A stretch of 64,000 bases of DNA from Candidatus Eiseniibacteriota bacterium (lineage in GTDB: Bacteria; Eisenbacteria; RBG-16-71-46), in contig OY970342.1 in NCBI GenBank assembly GCA_963717505.1, forward strand, positions 3,936,001 through 4,000,000, given 5' to 3'. Shown here piece after piece: positions 10,665 to 24,173 of this stretch (its first letter is position 1; every line of letters begins with the position of its first letter). The notes beneath the pieces were generated by a model. It saw only the letters and a program-made list of their open reading frames with translations, was not told where the DNA came from and did no database searches. The translations under genes were made by a program, and so were the position numbers.

Positions 10665-11077
10665 CAGGTCCGCCCCGCGATGGTCATGACGAATCGGCCG
10701 ATGTCACCAAGGGATTCGTTCAGGTATTGGTACACTCGCGCATCGTCTACCTCCCAGTACATGTGGACCAGGCGATTTCTGAAGCGGGACATGGCGCGCA
10801 GCGCCTCGGCGTCCCCGACTTCGAGGATCCCCTGTTCGGAGAGGACCGAGAAGCTGTCGGCGTTGTCCTTGGGGAAGCGAAAGTTCTCGGACGCAATGAC
10901 GTGATTGGCAACGTCAATGCAGCACTCGATTGCGATGACCAGATGGTACTTGGCGTTGCCGAGTTTGTCGGAATCGGCCAGGAACACGTCGCGTGGAGTC
11001 GCCGCCAGAGCGTGAAGGGTCCCGAGGTATCGCTTGAGGTTGGAAAGCAGCTGGTCCAGTTTGGCGGGGTCGACCAT
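10661..11077 (-). CDS. hepT: HepT/DUF86 HEPN RNase toxin
   Basis: RNRLVHMY (RX4HXY) motif; translationally coupled to MNT gene. Confidence 0.88.
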   Translation of the reverse strand: MVDPAKLDQLLSNLKRYLGTLHALAATPRDVFLADSDKLGNAKYHLVIAIECCIDVANHVIASENFRFPKDNADSFSVLSEQGILEVGDAEALRAMSRFRNRLVHMYWEVDDARVYQYLNESLGDIGRFVMTIAGRTW

Positions 11078-11506
11078 TCACAACCCCTTTTCAGCGATCC
11101 GGCGCAGCCGTAGCTCGTGCATTTGCCGGAACTCTTCCTTGTAGTCGTGGTACCGCCCAAGGATATCGACCTCGAGCGCGACGCGGGCCGCGTCGTCCCC
11201 CGAAAAAATCCTCGCGCCCTCTTCCAAGACTCGCCCACGGAGTTCGAGCGGCGCATCGCCGAGGTTTCTCAGATCCACGCTCGATCCCGCCACTCTCGAG
11301 AGTTCGGCAGCGAGATGGCCCTCGTCGCGAAGTGAAAGAGCCGATCCTTGCCGGTACTCCCTCAGGTAGTACCCGACATCAAGGTCGCTGTCCGGTCGCG
11401 GAGTCCCCACCACCCGACTGCCGTGAACGTAGGCCGCGAGGATGCCGCGTGCCGGAAACAGCTTCGCGGCCCCATCCCGCAGTCGAGTCAGCAGTTCTGG
11501 GTCCAT
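11078..11506 (-). CDS. mntA: MntA-like minimal nucleotidyltransferase antitoxin
   Basis: GS-X8-SDLD motif; VDLRNL. Confidence 0.88.
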   Translation of the reverse strand: MDPELLTRLRDGAAKLFPARGILAAYVHGSRVVGTPRPDSDLDVGYYLREYRQGSALSLRDEGHLAAELSRVAGSSVDLRNLGDAPLELRGRVLEEGARIFSGDDAARVALEVDILGRYHDYKEEFRQMHELRLRRIAEKGL

Positions 11507-11524
11507 GCCCGAGAAACTAGACGG

Positions 11525-13249
11525 TCAGCGCGGCGACTGCCAGCGCGCCGCGAACCCGCGCGCGAAGTTGGCGTCGTCGCGCCCGACGCCCGGCGCGCCG
11601 AGCACGTGGGCATAGAGCCGTGCCGCGCGCAGCGAGTCGCGCGCGACTTCGGCGGCCACCGCGCCGCTCATCGCGAAGCCGACGCTCTCCGGATAGGCGG
11701 TGAACAGTAGCTCGAACTCGGCCGCCGCCGCGGACCAGTCCTCGGCGCGCGCGAAGTGCGCGGCCAGTTCACGATGGTCCTCGCGCCAGCTCGGATTCGC
11801 GGCCCGCGCGGCGACGACCGATCCCGTATCGCGCGACACCTCGATCCAGCGCACGGTGGTGCTGTCGTAGCGAAAGAACAGATCGGGCGCCGCCACGGCG
11901 CCGAGCGCTCGGCGCTGGTACGACGACCAGAAAGCACCCGAGATCGTCGAGTCGCGATACCAGACCTCAAAGGCCGGCGAGAACCACGCATAGCCGAGGC
12001 CGATGCTGTGCGGCACGTGCGCGAAGTACAGCCGCGAGTGGGACGGCAGCCGGGGATGCACCTCGAGCAGCGAGTTCCGCAGCCGCCCGATGAAGTAGGC
12101 CTGCCGGCGCTGGTAGAGGTTGGCGCTGAAACTCCACGTGTTGGTGTCGCCCTGGAGCGGCTGCAGCACGGCCGCCAATGCGACCACGGCGACCGCGAGC
12201 TTGGGGCGCCTCGCCAGCAGTATGCCGAGGGCCAGCCAGGCTCCGGCTGCCCCGAAGAGCGCGTAGTACGGATGCCAGTCGATGCTCGGCAGCACGAGCG
12301 GAAGCCATGCGATCGCGGCCCACGCAACGCCGAAGCGCACCGCACGATCGGCATCGCCGGTCGTCGGATCCGACGGAACCGCGTCGGTCGTGCGTTGGGG
12401 CATGCGACCGAACGCGCTCCATACTGCGAAAGCGATGGCCACGGCGATCGCGGGGAGCGCGGGAAGCAGCGCGCCCGCGAAACCGGACACCGGACGCGGC
12501 AGGCCGGACAGGTTCACGAGCCCGAGCGCCGCGTGAATCGGAACCATCCAGGCCGGCACGGTGTGGGCCGCGACCTCGACCGCGAGCCGGCTCGGCCGGA
12601 GAAGTCGGTCGAGCAGCGTGGGGTGGAACACGAACCAGATGCCGGTGAGCACGAAGGCCGGCGCCAGCTTCTTCAGGACCTGAAGTGGGCGGGCACGCTC
12701 CGAAATCGACAGCCACGCGGCCGCGAGCAAGGGCAGGATCGCCGCGGTTTCCTTGCTGAGCAACGCCCCGGCGAGAAACACCAGGGACGAGCCGACCCGG
12801 CGCACCGACACGGCCTGCAGGTACAGAAGACCGAACAGCAGCAGCCACAGATCCTGAACCCCGGCGGCCCACAACAGCGCTCCCGACCACGCCGACATCG
12901 CGGCGAACCCGATGGCGGCGATCCCGGCGGCGCGCGTCCCGGCCAGCCGGCGCGCGAAACTGAAGAACAACATCAGGGCCGCGAGCCAGAGCGCGAAGGC
13001 CGCGGCGTGGAACGCCAGCTCGTTCGCGCCGAACGCACGATGGAGCATCCAGAAGTGCAGCTCGCGCGACCACGGCCGGTACCAGGCCCACAAAGGCGCC
13101 TCGCGCGACCACAGCTCGGCAAAGGATGCGTCGCGGACTCGCGCGAGAATGGCGTAGTCGTCACCGATGAACGGCATCGGCAACGCGAAGCCCCAGGCCG
13201 CGACCAGGTAGGCGGCGAGCAGGGCGGCGAAGACCAGGGTCAGCGGCAC
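11525..13249 (-). CDS. Multi-TM GT-C-like membrane protein, paralog of 5909-7696
   Basis: GTG start after GGAGG; GDDY, YRPWSRE, LLSKE, WYRDSTISG, FFRYDS shared with paralog. Confidence 0.62.
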   Translation of the reverse strand: MPLTLVFAALLAAYLVAAWGFALPMPFIGDDYAILARVRDASFAELWSREAPLWAWYRPWSRELHFWMLHRAFGANELAFHAAAFALWLAALMLFFSFARRLAGTRAAGIAAIGFAAMSAWSGALLWAAGVQDLWLLLFGLLYLQAVSVRRVGSSLVFLAGALLSKETAAILPLLAAAWLSISERARPLQVLKKLAPAFVLTGIWFVFHPTLLDRLLRPSRLAVEVAAHTVPAWMVPIHAALGLVNLSGLPRPVSGFAGALLPALPAIAVAIAFAVWSAFGRMPQRTTDAVPSDPTTGDADRAVRFGVAWAAIAWLPLVLPSIDWHPYYALFGAAGAWLALGILLARRPKLAVAVVALAAVLQPLQGDTNTWSFSANLYQRRQAYFIGRLRNSLLEVHPRLPSHSRLYFAHVPHSIGLGYAWFSPAFEVWYRDSTISGAFWSSYQRRALGAVAAPDLFFRYDSTTVRWIEVSRDTGSVVAARAANPSWREDHRELAAHFARAEDWSAAAAEFELLFTAYPESVGFAMSGAVAAEVARDSLRAARLYAHVLGAPGVGRDDANFARGFAARWQSPR

Positions 13250-14118
13250 GCCTCCCAGAGAATCCGCATGCCTTTGAGCGTCAGCGCCTCGTCGATCCGG
13301 TTCACGGTCTCGCATTCCGGGGCGATCGCCTGGGCATATCCGCCGGTGGCAATGACGTGCGGCGTTCCTTTCATCTCGAGCGCGAGCCGGCGGACCAGGG
13401 CATCGACCTGCCCGGCGTGCCCCCACAGCACCCCAGCCTGAAGCGACTCCTCGGTGGTTCGACCCAGGGCCCGCTCCGGACGCTTCAGCTCGACACGCGG
13501 GATGCGCGCGGCGCGGCGGAACAGCTCTTCGGCCGAAGTCCCGACTCCCGGCGCGATGATCCCGCCCAGGTAGGCGCCCGACTGGGAGACGCAATCGAAC
13601 GTGGTCGCGGTTCCCAGATCGACGACGATCGCCGGCGTGCCGTACAGCGCATGCACGGCGATGGCGTTGGCAATGCGGTCAGCGCCGACCGCGTGGCGGT
13701 CGCGGTAGCGGATCTGCAGATCGGAAGCGGTGGTCGCGTTGACTTCGACCGGCTCCCCGCTGGCGACGCGCGCGAGGGCCTGAGTCCACGGGGGGGTCAG
13801 CGCCGGCACCACCGAGCACAACACCGAGCCTTCGGGCTTGGGCGCCTCGCCTTCGGCGAGCAGCCCGCGCAAGGTCAGCACGATTTCGTCGGCGGTGTTG
13901 CGCCCGCTGGTCAACCGCCAGAACCCGGCGACCTCGCCGCCTTTGAATAGACCCACCGTGGTTTCGCTGTTGCCGACGTCGACCGCGAGCACGACCGCGG
14001 CGCGATTCGCCCGGGAACGCGACGCGGGCTTCTCAGCCGCTCGACGGGTGCCGGCGCGAGACGGATGCGGCACCAGCTGGGGACCGGGGCGGCGTGCAGT
14101 GAAGCGTCGTGAGGCCAT
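13240..14118 (-). CDS. coaX: Type III pantothenate kinase
   Basis: AVDVGNS, VGADR, VVDLGTATTFD, GGIIAPG, IATGG. Confidence 0.95.
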   Translation of the reverse strand: MASRRFTARRPGPQLVPHPSRAGTRRAAEKPASRSRANRAAVVLAVDVGNSETTVGLFKGGEVAGFWRLTSGRNTADEIVLTLRGLLAEGEAPKPEGSVLCSVVPALTPPWTQALARVASGEPVEVNATTASDLQIRYRDRHAVGADRIANAIAVHALYGTPAIVVDLGTATTFDCVSQSGAYLGGIIAPGVGTSAEELFRRAARIPRVELKRPERALGRTTEESLQAGVLWGHAGQVDALVRRLALEMKGTPHVIATGGYAQAIAPECETVNRIDEALTLKGMRILWEACR

Positions 14119-14145
14119 GGGATCTCCAGGGTTGGATTCGAATCG

Positions 14146-14926
14146 CTATCCGGAAGGCGGCGACACCGGCCGTTCCAGGGTCTCGCGCTCGTCGGCGTCC
14201 TCGTCCTCCCGCCGGCGGCGAGCCACGACCCAGGACAGGCCGACGCTCAGGAAGTACAACACCACCACCGGCAGCGACATCACGAGCTGCGCGGTGAACA
14301 CGTCGCCCGGCGTGATCAGCGCGGTGACCAGGAAGGCGCCGACGATCGCGATCCGCCACTGCCGGAGCAGGAAGCCGGGCGTCACCAGGCCGATCGCGGT
14401 CAGCGTCATGGTCACCAGCGGCAGCTGGCACACCACGCCGCACGCTAGCGCCATGTTGTAGAAGAATCCGAGCAGCGACCCGACCCGGATCTGCGCGGTC
14501 ATGCTCGGGGTCATGAATGCAGTGAGCACGTCGACCACCATCGGCACCAGGTAGAAGTAGGCGGCGGCAACACCGGCCATGAACAGCAGCATCGAGCCCA
14601 TGGCCATCGGCAGGATCAGGCTGCGTTCGCGGCGCAGGAGCCCGGGCACGATGAACCGCCAGATGCGGTAGAACACGTACGGAGCCACGATCATCAGCCC
14701 GATCAGCAGCGCCAGCTTGATGCGCTCGTTGAATGCCTCGAGCGGCGACAGGATCACGGCGGTGCCGACCGTGCGCTGGATGAGGTCCTCGAGCACTCGC
14801 GGCGCCAGCCAGCCAGCCGGCCACCGCGCCCACCAGGCACGCGCCCACGGTGTGAAACAGGACGCTGCGCAGCTCGTCGAGGTGGCCGAGGAACGGCATT
14901 TCGCCGGTCTGGCGGGGATCGGTCAT
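14146..14926 (-). CDS. tatC: Twin-arginine translocase TatC (frameshift near 14810)
   Basis: EMPFLGHLDELR; IWRFIVPGL; ALITPGD. Confidence 0.9.
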
Positions 14927-15740
14927 GCGGTCGGGATCCACGACGGCTTGGCTCCGAACTCGACGTCACCGGCGATCACGCGCACCAGCTTGCCGGGCGC
15001 GGACTCGACCACCAGGGCGCCGTCCTCGGCGAGATCGCGCGCGATGCCGCGCACCTCGCCCGACGGAGTGTGCACCGACCAGGTCACGCCCCCAGAAGGT
15101 CGCGCGCTTCCGCCAGGCCACGAGTGCCACGCCGCGATCGCCCTCGGTGTGTTCGGTCCACCGCGGCTCGAGCGCATTCAGGAACTCCGCCGCGACCGCC
15201 TCGCGCGTGAGCCGATGCCCGGCGAGCGCCAGCGACGTCGCGCGCTCGCGCAGCTCGGGCGGGAAGTCTTCGCCTCCTGCGCCACGTTCACGCCGACGCC
15301 GACTACCGCCGCCTGGATTCCCGAAGCCGTCCGCCGGCTCTCGCACAGAATGCCGGCAACCTTGCGTCCCTCGAGCAGCAGGTCGTTCGGCCACTTGAGG
15401 TCGGCATGGACGCCGAGTCGGTCGAGCGCCTTCGGCCAGCGCGAGCCCGGCGACCAGCGGCAGGGTACCGAGCAGGTCGGCGCTCGCACGCCAGGTGGAG
15501 CAACACCGACATCGCGAGCCCGTGGTGCCCGGCGTCGAGTGCCAGGTTCGGCCCATGCGCCCACGGCCCTTGGTCTGCTCGTCGGCGACCACGACGGAGC
15601 CGTCCGGAGCGCCGAGCCCGAGCAGCGTCCCAGGCGTCGTCGTTGGTCGATTCGGTCTCGCCGCGGTCGACCAGGTGTCGCCCGAGGTGGCGCGTGTGCA
15701 GGCGGGCGGCGAACACCGCGCGATCGAAGGTGCCGTCCAT
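14923..15740 (-). CDS. birA: Biotin-[acetyl-CoA carboxylase] ligase (several frameshifts)
   Basis: STND, QTKGRGRMGRTW, LKWPND, KVAGIL found in different frames. Confidence 0.88.
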
Positions 15741-15741
15741 C

Positions 15742-16642
15742 TCAGCCAACTTCTTCGATCTCGAGGCTCAGGTCGAGCGCCGGCGCCGAGTGCGTGAGCG
15801 CGCCGACCGAGATGTAGTCGACGCCGATCTCGGCGTAGGCGCGCACGTTGTCGAGACCGATGCCGCCCGACACCTCGATCTCGGGCCAGCGCTTGGCGCC
15901 CGCCGGCATGCGCGGGCTGTCGGGCGGATGCTCGCGCGCACCAGCGGTCGACCTCGGCCACCGCCCGCTTCACCTCCTCGACGCGTCCGGTTGTCGAGCA
16001 GGATGCGGTCGACCTCGGGGCGCAGCGCCTCGCGCAGCTGGTCGAGCGACTCGACCTCGACCTCGAGCAGCAGGTCGCCCTGCCGCGTGCGCGGCGATGC
16101 GATCGAGCGCCGCGGTGATGCCGCCCGCGGCGCGGATGTGGTTGTCCTTGACCAGGTACATGTCCCACAGCGCGAGCCGGTGGTTCTGGCCGCCGCCGCA
16201 CTGGACCGCGTACTTCTCGAGGAAGCGCAGCCCCGGCGTGGTCTTGCGCGTGTCGAGGATCACGGCGCCGGTGCCGGCGACCGCGTCGACGTAGCGGCGG
16301 GTGAGCGTCGCGACCCCCGAGAGGCGCTGCAGGAAGTTGAGCGCGGTGCGCTCGGCCTTGAGGATGCTGCCGGCGTCGCCGATCACCTGCGCGCACGGCC
16401 GCCCCGGCGGTGATCGTCGCGCCGTCCTGCGACCAGCGGCCGGAACTTGAGGTTGGGATCGGCCTCGCGGAACGTGAGTCGGGCGATCTCGATGCCGGCG
16501 ACCACGCCCGGCTGTCTGGCGACGATCACCGCGCGCGCGCCTTGACCCCCGAGCGAATCGTGTTGAGCGTGGTGATGTCGCCGGTGCCGACGTCTTCGGA
16601 CAGGGCGAACTTGACCAGCGGAAGTGCGACCGCTTCGAGCAT
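15742..16642 (-). CDS. nadC: Quinolinate phosphoribosyltransferase (frameshifts)
   Basis: [38 protein letters not shown]. Confidence 0.92.
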
Positions 16643-16696
16643 CGCCAGATGCTAGCCGAGGGTGGGACCGCGGTCGAGCGCGGGCAACTCCGTTCG

Positions 16697-18851
<2,155 letters not shown>

Positions 18852-18943
18852 GGCCCCAAGGGTAAACCGCGGCGCACGAGTCCCGAAAGCGAGTCCTCGC
18901 GCAGGCGGCATCGCGTGAGCCCTGCGGCGAAGCCCGCCTTCGA

Positions 18944-20203
18944 TCAACCGCCCAGCGAGCGCCCGGCCTCACGGCGCGCGGGCGCCACGACATTGGCGAG
19001 CATCACCCCCGCGGCCAGGGCGGCGAACATGATCACCGCGCGGAACGCGGTTTCGACGCCGACCACGACGTTGCGATCCATCAGGTGCGCGAGGCTGCGG
19101 AACCCGATACTGCCCGGCACCAGCAGCAGAATCGAAGGCACCAGCATCACCGCCGCGGGCCTCCTCAGGATGCGCGAGCCGATGTTGCTGACCACGCCGG
19201 CGGTGAGCGCCCCGATCATGATGCCCAGCTCCGGGCCGAGCATCGCGGCACCCCAGCGCCCGCCGCCGAACGCCAGCGCGCCGGCGAGCAGGATCCACGG
19301 CAGATCCGACGGCGCGGCACGCAACAGGACCATGAAGCTCGCAGGCGCCAGGATCAGGGCGAGCGCCTCGGTCCAGACCGGGAGCGCGAGCGCTTCGCCG
19401 TAGCGCAGCGTGCCGAACAGCCAGGCCGCTACGCGGTCGCCGGCGGCGACGCCGACCGTGATCTGCAGGAACACCACCATGGCGCCACTCAGGCGCGCGG
19501 TGCCCGAAGCCAGGTGGCGGGTCGCCAGCTCGATGGTCGCGGTGGTCAGCGTCAGGCCTGGGATCAGCACGATGATGCCGGCGAGTGTCGCGACGAACAC
19601 GTGACCGGGGCCGGTAAGTGAGGCGAGTGCCCCCGCGATCAACGCCGCGAAGAACGCGGCGAGCGGCTCGAACAGCCGCTGCGCCGCCGGCATGCGAGCG
19701 ATCCCGTACGACAAGGCGCCGACCGCGACGCCGATCGCGCCCGCCCACGCGACTTCGCGGGCACCGCCGCCCAGGAAGCGCGCCGCCGCTGCCGACGAGC
19801 ACGCGTAGGCGATCAAGGTCAGTACCCGCCCGTAGCGCGGCGGCGCCGAGGTCAACGCCTCGATCCGAGCGAGCGCCGGCTGGGCGTCGAGCGATCCGTC
19901 GGCGACCGCATCGGCGATTCCATCGAGTGCCGCCAGCCGTTCGAGCTGGACACCGCCCGGCTCGACGCGCATGAGGAAGGTCTGTTGCTGATTCTGCGGC
20001 CCGAACGCGGCGAAGATCGAGGTCGGCGTCGAGAAGAACTGCGCCTCGAGCCCGAGACGATTTGCGACCCGGTCGAGTGTTTCTTCGAGACGGTGCGCCG
20101 GATTGCCATGCGCATGCATCTCGCGTCCCAGTCGCAGGACGAAGGCAATGCGCGGATCCGCGCCGGGTTCGGGCGCGCGCGGCCTCGAGTCGAGTGTCGT
20201 CAC
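18944..20203 (-). CDS. ThrE-family threonine/serine exporter
   Basis: N-terminal soluble domain (HRLEETL, TPTSI); LIPGL and LVPGS motifs; about 10 TM. Confidence 0.85.
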   Translation of the reverse strand: MTTLDSRPRAPEPGADPRIAFVLRLGREMHAHGNPAHRLEETLDRVANRLGLEAQFFSTPTSIFAAFGPQNQQQTFLMRVEPGGVQLERLAALDGIADAVADGSLDAQPALARIEALTSAPPRYGRVLTLIAYACSSAAAARFLGGGAREVAWAGAIGVAVGALSYGIARMPAAQRLFEPLAAFFAALIAGALASLTGPGHVFVATLAGIIVLIPGLTLTTATIELATRHLASGTARLSGAMVVFLQITVGVAAGDRVAAWLFGTLRYGEALALPVWTEALALILAPASFMVLLRAAPSDLPWILLAGALAFGGGRWGAAMLGPELGIMIGALTAGVVSNIGSRILRRPAAVMLVPSILLLVPGSIGFRSLAHLMDRNVVVGVETAFRAVIMFAALAAGVMLANVVAPARREAGRSLGG

Positions 20204-21540
20204 CAGCGCATGCGAATCGTGTAGCGGACCGTGACCTCCTTGCCCGCCGCGACCGGAATCGCGAACTCGATGGTGTTCGCGTCGCGGCGGCGGAACGGAT
20301 GCGATTGCTGGGTGACTTCGGTCTCGCCCCCCGCCGACTCCTCGACCATGATCTCGACGTTGGTCTTCTTCTGGTTTCGCAGCTTGATCTCGATCGTCGC
20401 TTCGCGCTCGCGATCCGAGATCCGGCGGTTCGAGACCTCGCGGCGCTCGGCCACCAGGTCGAACGCGGCGCCGACGTCGAGCGACAGCGTCTCGCGCTCG
20501 GCGGTGTGGCGCATCACGGTCTCGCCCGCGAACTGGAGCGCGCCCGAGGCGTCGGCCTCGTAGAAACGCACGCGACCGCCGGGCAGCGGCATACCGAGAC
20601 CGTTGGCGTCGTGGTTGGCGACGTCGAGCTGCGCCCGTATCGGCGACCCATTCATCGTCCGGTAGCGGGTGCGGAACTTGATGTCACGTCGCTCGTACAT
20701 CGACAGGCTCTGCGCCTCCCGGTCGCGCAGCGTGGCCGGGCGATCGAGCGCGTAGAGGTGGTACTCGGAGAACGTCTGCTCGCTCAGATCGGCGGCGCCC
20801 TCGGAGGCGGTCGCCATCATGCGCATCTCCTTTGGCATCGGCATCGGCGACGGCCCGGCGCGCCCCGGGTCACCGGCGACCAGCTTGAGCGTCGCGTTCA
20901 CGAAGTCGCGCCCGGTGGTGTTGGAGACCGTCACGCCCGAACTCCAGGTGCCCGTACCCTCGCCGCGCCGGACTACGACGTGCTCCGCGTTCCACGACAG
21001 GCCGCCGGTCAGGTAGCTGAGTTCGGCTTCGGTTCGATTGCCGCTCCCGTCGAGCACGACCTCGAGCGAGGGTTCGAGCACCAGGGAACGGCCGCGTGCG
21101 CTGAAGCTGACGTCCTCGACTGCGGTGCGCGCCGCGGTGTGCAATGTGCCGTCGTCGCCACGGATCAGCAGCCAGGCGCCGTCGGTCGCGACCAGCGTGC
21201 CTTCGACCACGCGCTCGCCGCGCAGCACTGCGCGCACCCGGCTGCCGCGCGCGCGCTCGAGCGCCTCGTCGCCACTGCCGACGTCGAACCGGTAGGCCAT
21301 GCGCGCTACACGCCCGGAACGCGGAACCAGGCGCGTCGACGAGAAGTCGATGCGGGCGGGCACGTCGATCAACACGGTGTCACCTCGCGTGGATTCGAGC
21401 ACGCGATCCTCGCGCACGAATCCCAGGTCGTGGCTGTAGACGGTGACCGAGGTCGCAGCGGTCGCGGGAACGGCGCCGGCCATCAGGGCCAGGCTTTGGA
21501 ACAACGCGGCGGCGACGGAACACGAGACGAAACGGCGCAT
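20200..21540 (-). CDS. DUF4139 secreted protein
   Basis: Signal peptide; VTVYS..LGFVRE, SYLTGGLSW, EYHLY, LGMPLPGGRVRFY. Confidence 0.82.
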   Translation of the reverse strand: MRRFVSCSVAAALFQSLALMAGAVPATAATSVTVYSHDLGFVREDRVLESTRGDTVLIDVPARIDFSSTRLVPRSGRVARMAYRFDVGSGDEALERARGSRVRAVLRGERVVEGTLVATDGAWLLIRGDDGTLHTAARTAVEDVSFSARGRSLVLEPSLEVVLDGSGNRTEAELSYLTGGLSWNAEHVVVRRGEGTGTWSSGVTVSNTTGRDFVNATLKLVAGDPGRAGPSPMPMPKEMRMMATASEGAADLSEQTFSEYHLYALDRPATLRDREAQSLSMYERRDIKFRTRYRTMNGSPIRAQLDVANHDANGLGMPLPGGRVRFYEADASGALQFAGETVMRHTAERETLSLDVGAAFDLVAERREVSNRRISDREREATIEIKLRNQKKTNVEIMVEESAGGETEVTQQSHPFRRRDANTIEFAIPVAAGKEVTVRYTIRMRW

Positions 21541-21627
21541 GATTCCCTCCAGGAGAATTCGAACGGCCGAACGATGCCACAAACCGTACGCCGGCGCCCA
21601 TCGGGGCATTCCCTGGAGTCGAAAACG

Positions 21628-22557
21628 CTACGAAGCGGGCAGAGTTCGTTCCCGAACTTCGCCCGAGGACTCGAGCGAGAGGACGCGCTCCTCGAACGTC
21701 GCGATCTCGAAGCGTTCGGCAATCGCCTCGAGGGAGGTCTCCAGCAGCCGGAGCTTGTCCTCGAGCCGCCGGTGCATGCCAGGATGCGCAGCCAGCCGGG
21801 GATCGACGTGGTCTTCGCTGAGTCCGAGCGCGTCGACCGCGTGCAGCGGATAGGAAAGCGGAATGCCCTCCCCCGCCAGCCGATCGAGGATCCGGTGGAA
21901 GCGCGAATCCGACAGGTAGTAGCGCGCGGTGTGGTAGACCGGCAATCGAAGGCCGCGCGACACGGTGAGCGGGAACTCGATCAGGCTGCGGCCGTCGCAG
22001 ATCCAGCGGTGCGGCTCGCGCTCGAGCGTGAACGGCCAGCAGCGCAGCTGCAACGTCCGGCCGATGTCGCCGCCCTTGAGCGCCATGAACATCCGCGCCG
22101 GGAGCAGCAGCGGAGTCGGGTACGCCGAGGCGTCGTAGCGATATCCGGATTCGATCAATGCTGCGATGCCGCGGGCGTCGAGGTCGAAGTTGGGCGCCCG
22201 GAATCCGGTCACGGTCGCCCCGCTCGAACTCTCGAGCACGTTGCGCGAGGCAACCAGCTCGTCACGCATTGCCGCCGGGCTCAGCCGCGAGAACGCGAAC
22301 GGATGACTGAACGTATGGCTCGCGATCTCATGTCCGGCGGCAGCCACGGCCGCGATCGGCCCCGGGTTGGCCTGTGCGTCACGACCGACCACGAAGAACG
22401 TGGCGCGCACGCCGGCGCGGCGGAACAGTTGAACCAGCCGCGGCAACGCCACCGAATAGGCGAGCGGGTCGGGCGTGATCCCGGTGATGCCGTAGCCGGC
22501 CAGGTGCAGATCCACCGGATCCACGTCGACGCTGATGGTCGCCACCGGACGATTCAC
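21628..22557 (-). CDS. Polysaccharide deacetylase (CE4)
   Basis: SVDVD, ATFFVVG, HEIASHTFSH, GFRAP, YDAS. Confidence 0.9.
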   Translation of the reverse strand: MNRPVATISVDVDPVDLHLAGYGITGITPDPLAYSVALPRLVQLFRRAGVRATFFVVGRDAQANPGPIAAVAAAGHEIASHTFSHPFAFSRLSPAAMRDELVASRNVLESSSGATVTGFRAPNFDLDARGIAALIESGYRYDASAYPTPLLLPARMFMALKGGDIGRTLQLRCWPFTLEREPHRWICDGRSLIEFPLTVSRGLRLPVYHTARYYLSDSRFHRILDRLAGEGIPLSYPLHAVDALGLSEDHVDPRLAAHPGMHRRLEDKLRLLETSLEAIAERFEIATFEERVLSLESSGEVRERTLPAS

Positions 22558-22845
22558 GAGCCCTCCCTGGAGTCACGCGGGATCCGGTCGGAAGCCGCCT
22601 TGGGATTCCCTAGCAGGGGGCGCGCCGCCGTCCGGGGGCTGGCGGCCGCCCGGAACCCCATATTATGGTATGCGCTCCAGCGCCCGATACCGTGCCGCAG
22701 CGGGCGGGGCGCGCGGACCCGGACGATCCTCGTTGCGAAACGCACGACGCAACGGCCCTGGCCGGCTCGCCGTCGTGACCGGTCGCGGCTCAAGCGGCTG
22801 GCGAACGCTCGCCTATGTTCCCCGGAAACTCTCAGCGGAGGCGGA

Positions 22846-24173
22846 ATGTCGCTGCATGCGGCGATCATCGGTGGCGGGATCTCGGGCCTGGCGAGCGCCG
22901 TCCGGGTCGCCGGGCTGGGCCACCGGGTGACGCTGTTCGAGGGCGAGGACTACCTGGGCGGCCTGGGCACCACATTCCCGTGGCGCGACCGGCACCTCGA
23001 GCGCTTCTACCACTGCATCCTCCCCAGCGACACAGCCTTGCTCGGGATGATCCGGGAGCTGGGCCTCGAGTCGCAGATGCTGTGGCGCGGGACGCGCATG
23101 GGCTTCATGTACCGGCGGCGCATCTACTCCCTGAACACGGCGTGGGATCTGCTGTCGTTCGGGCCGCTGACGCCGTTCGAGCGCGTGCGCATGGGGTTGC
23201 TCGGGCTGCGCGCGCGTTCGCACGGCCTGAGTCCCGAGCTGGACAGCGTCACCGCCGCCGATTGGCTGCGCGGTATGGCCGGCGACCGCGCGTTCAAGAT
23301 TCTGTGGCAGCCACTGCTGTCGGCCAAGATTGGCGATCGCTATGACTCGCTGCCCGCGCTCTGGGTGTCGAGCCGCATGAATCGCGAGAAGAGCACCGGG
23401 CCCGAGCGCAAGGGCTGCCTGACCGGCGGCTACAAGTCGTTGATCGATGCGTTCGAGCAACACCTGCGCGCCCGCGGCGCCGCGATCCAATTGAACACGC
23501 GGGTCGAGGAGATCGAGCGCCACGGCGAGCGCATGGTGCTCCGGCTCGCGGACGGTCGCCGGGAGAACTTCGACTACGTGGTGTCGACCTCGCCGTTGAT
23601 CCAGTTCCAGAGGATGACCCGGACGCTCGACCTCGACCCGGCGATCCGCGAGCTGCCGCTCGACTACCAGGGCGTGGTCAGCGGCGTGTTCCTCACCGAG
23701 AAGCCGCTCTCCCCCTACTACTGGATGCCGTTCGTCGACAGCGAGACCACGGCGCAGGGCGCGATCGAGATGTCGAACCTGGTGCCGCTCGGACGCGCGA
23801 ACGGGCTGCACGTGAACTACCTGGTCAACTACACGCACCGTTCGAGCGAGCTGTTTCAGCGCTCGGAGGACGAGCTGCTTGCGCGGCTACCGCACCGACC
23901 TCCTGGCTCTGTTCCCCGAGGCCGGGCGCAGCATCGTCGACCAGTATCCTGTTCCGGGCTCCGTTCGTCGAGCCGATCTGGACGCTGAACTACAACCAGG
24001 TCAAGCCACCGACCTCGGTGATCGCCGGCCGGCTCTATCTGTCGTGCACCGCGCAGGTCTACCCGCGCGTCAACTCGTGGAACTCGTGCTGCGAGGTGGT
24101 CGAGGAAATGTTGCCCGGTCTCGCCGCCGAGACGACGGCGGTGCACGCGACGCGCAGCTTAGGCGTAGCATGA
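22846..24173 (+). CDS. FAD-dependent oxidoreductase (amine oxidase/PPO-like, glycan-locus type; frameshifts near 23880-23960)
   Basis: IIGGGISGL, LGGL, ERFYH; stop overlaps next ATG. Confidence 0.82.

Noticed and set aside
21579-21593. CGGCGT-N5-TTGT possible sigma54 site upstream of the DUF4139 gene
   Set aside because: The -12 element reads GT rather than GC; too weak.
22790-22818. TCAAG-N16-GCCTATGT resembling a sigma28 promoter
   Set aside because: Spacing is 16 and the -10 core is mismatched.
20062-23988. 1308-aa ORF and other long Arg/Ala/Pro-rich ORFs in the track
   Set aside because: Antisense or shadow frames typical of high-GC DNA; only the part from 22846 is the real flavoprotein.
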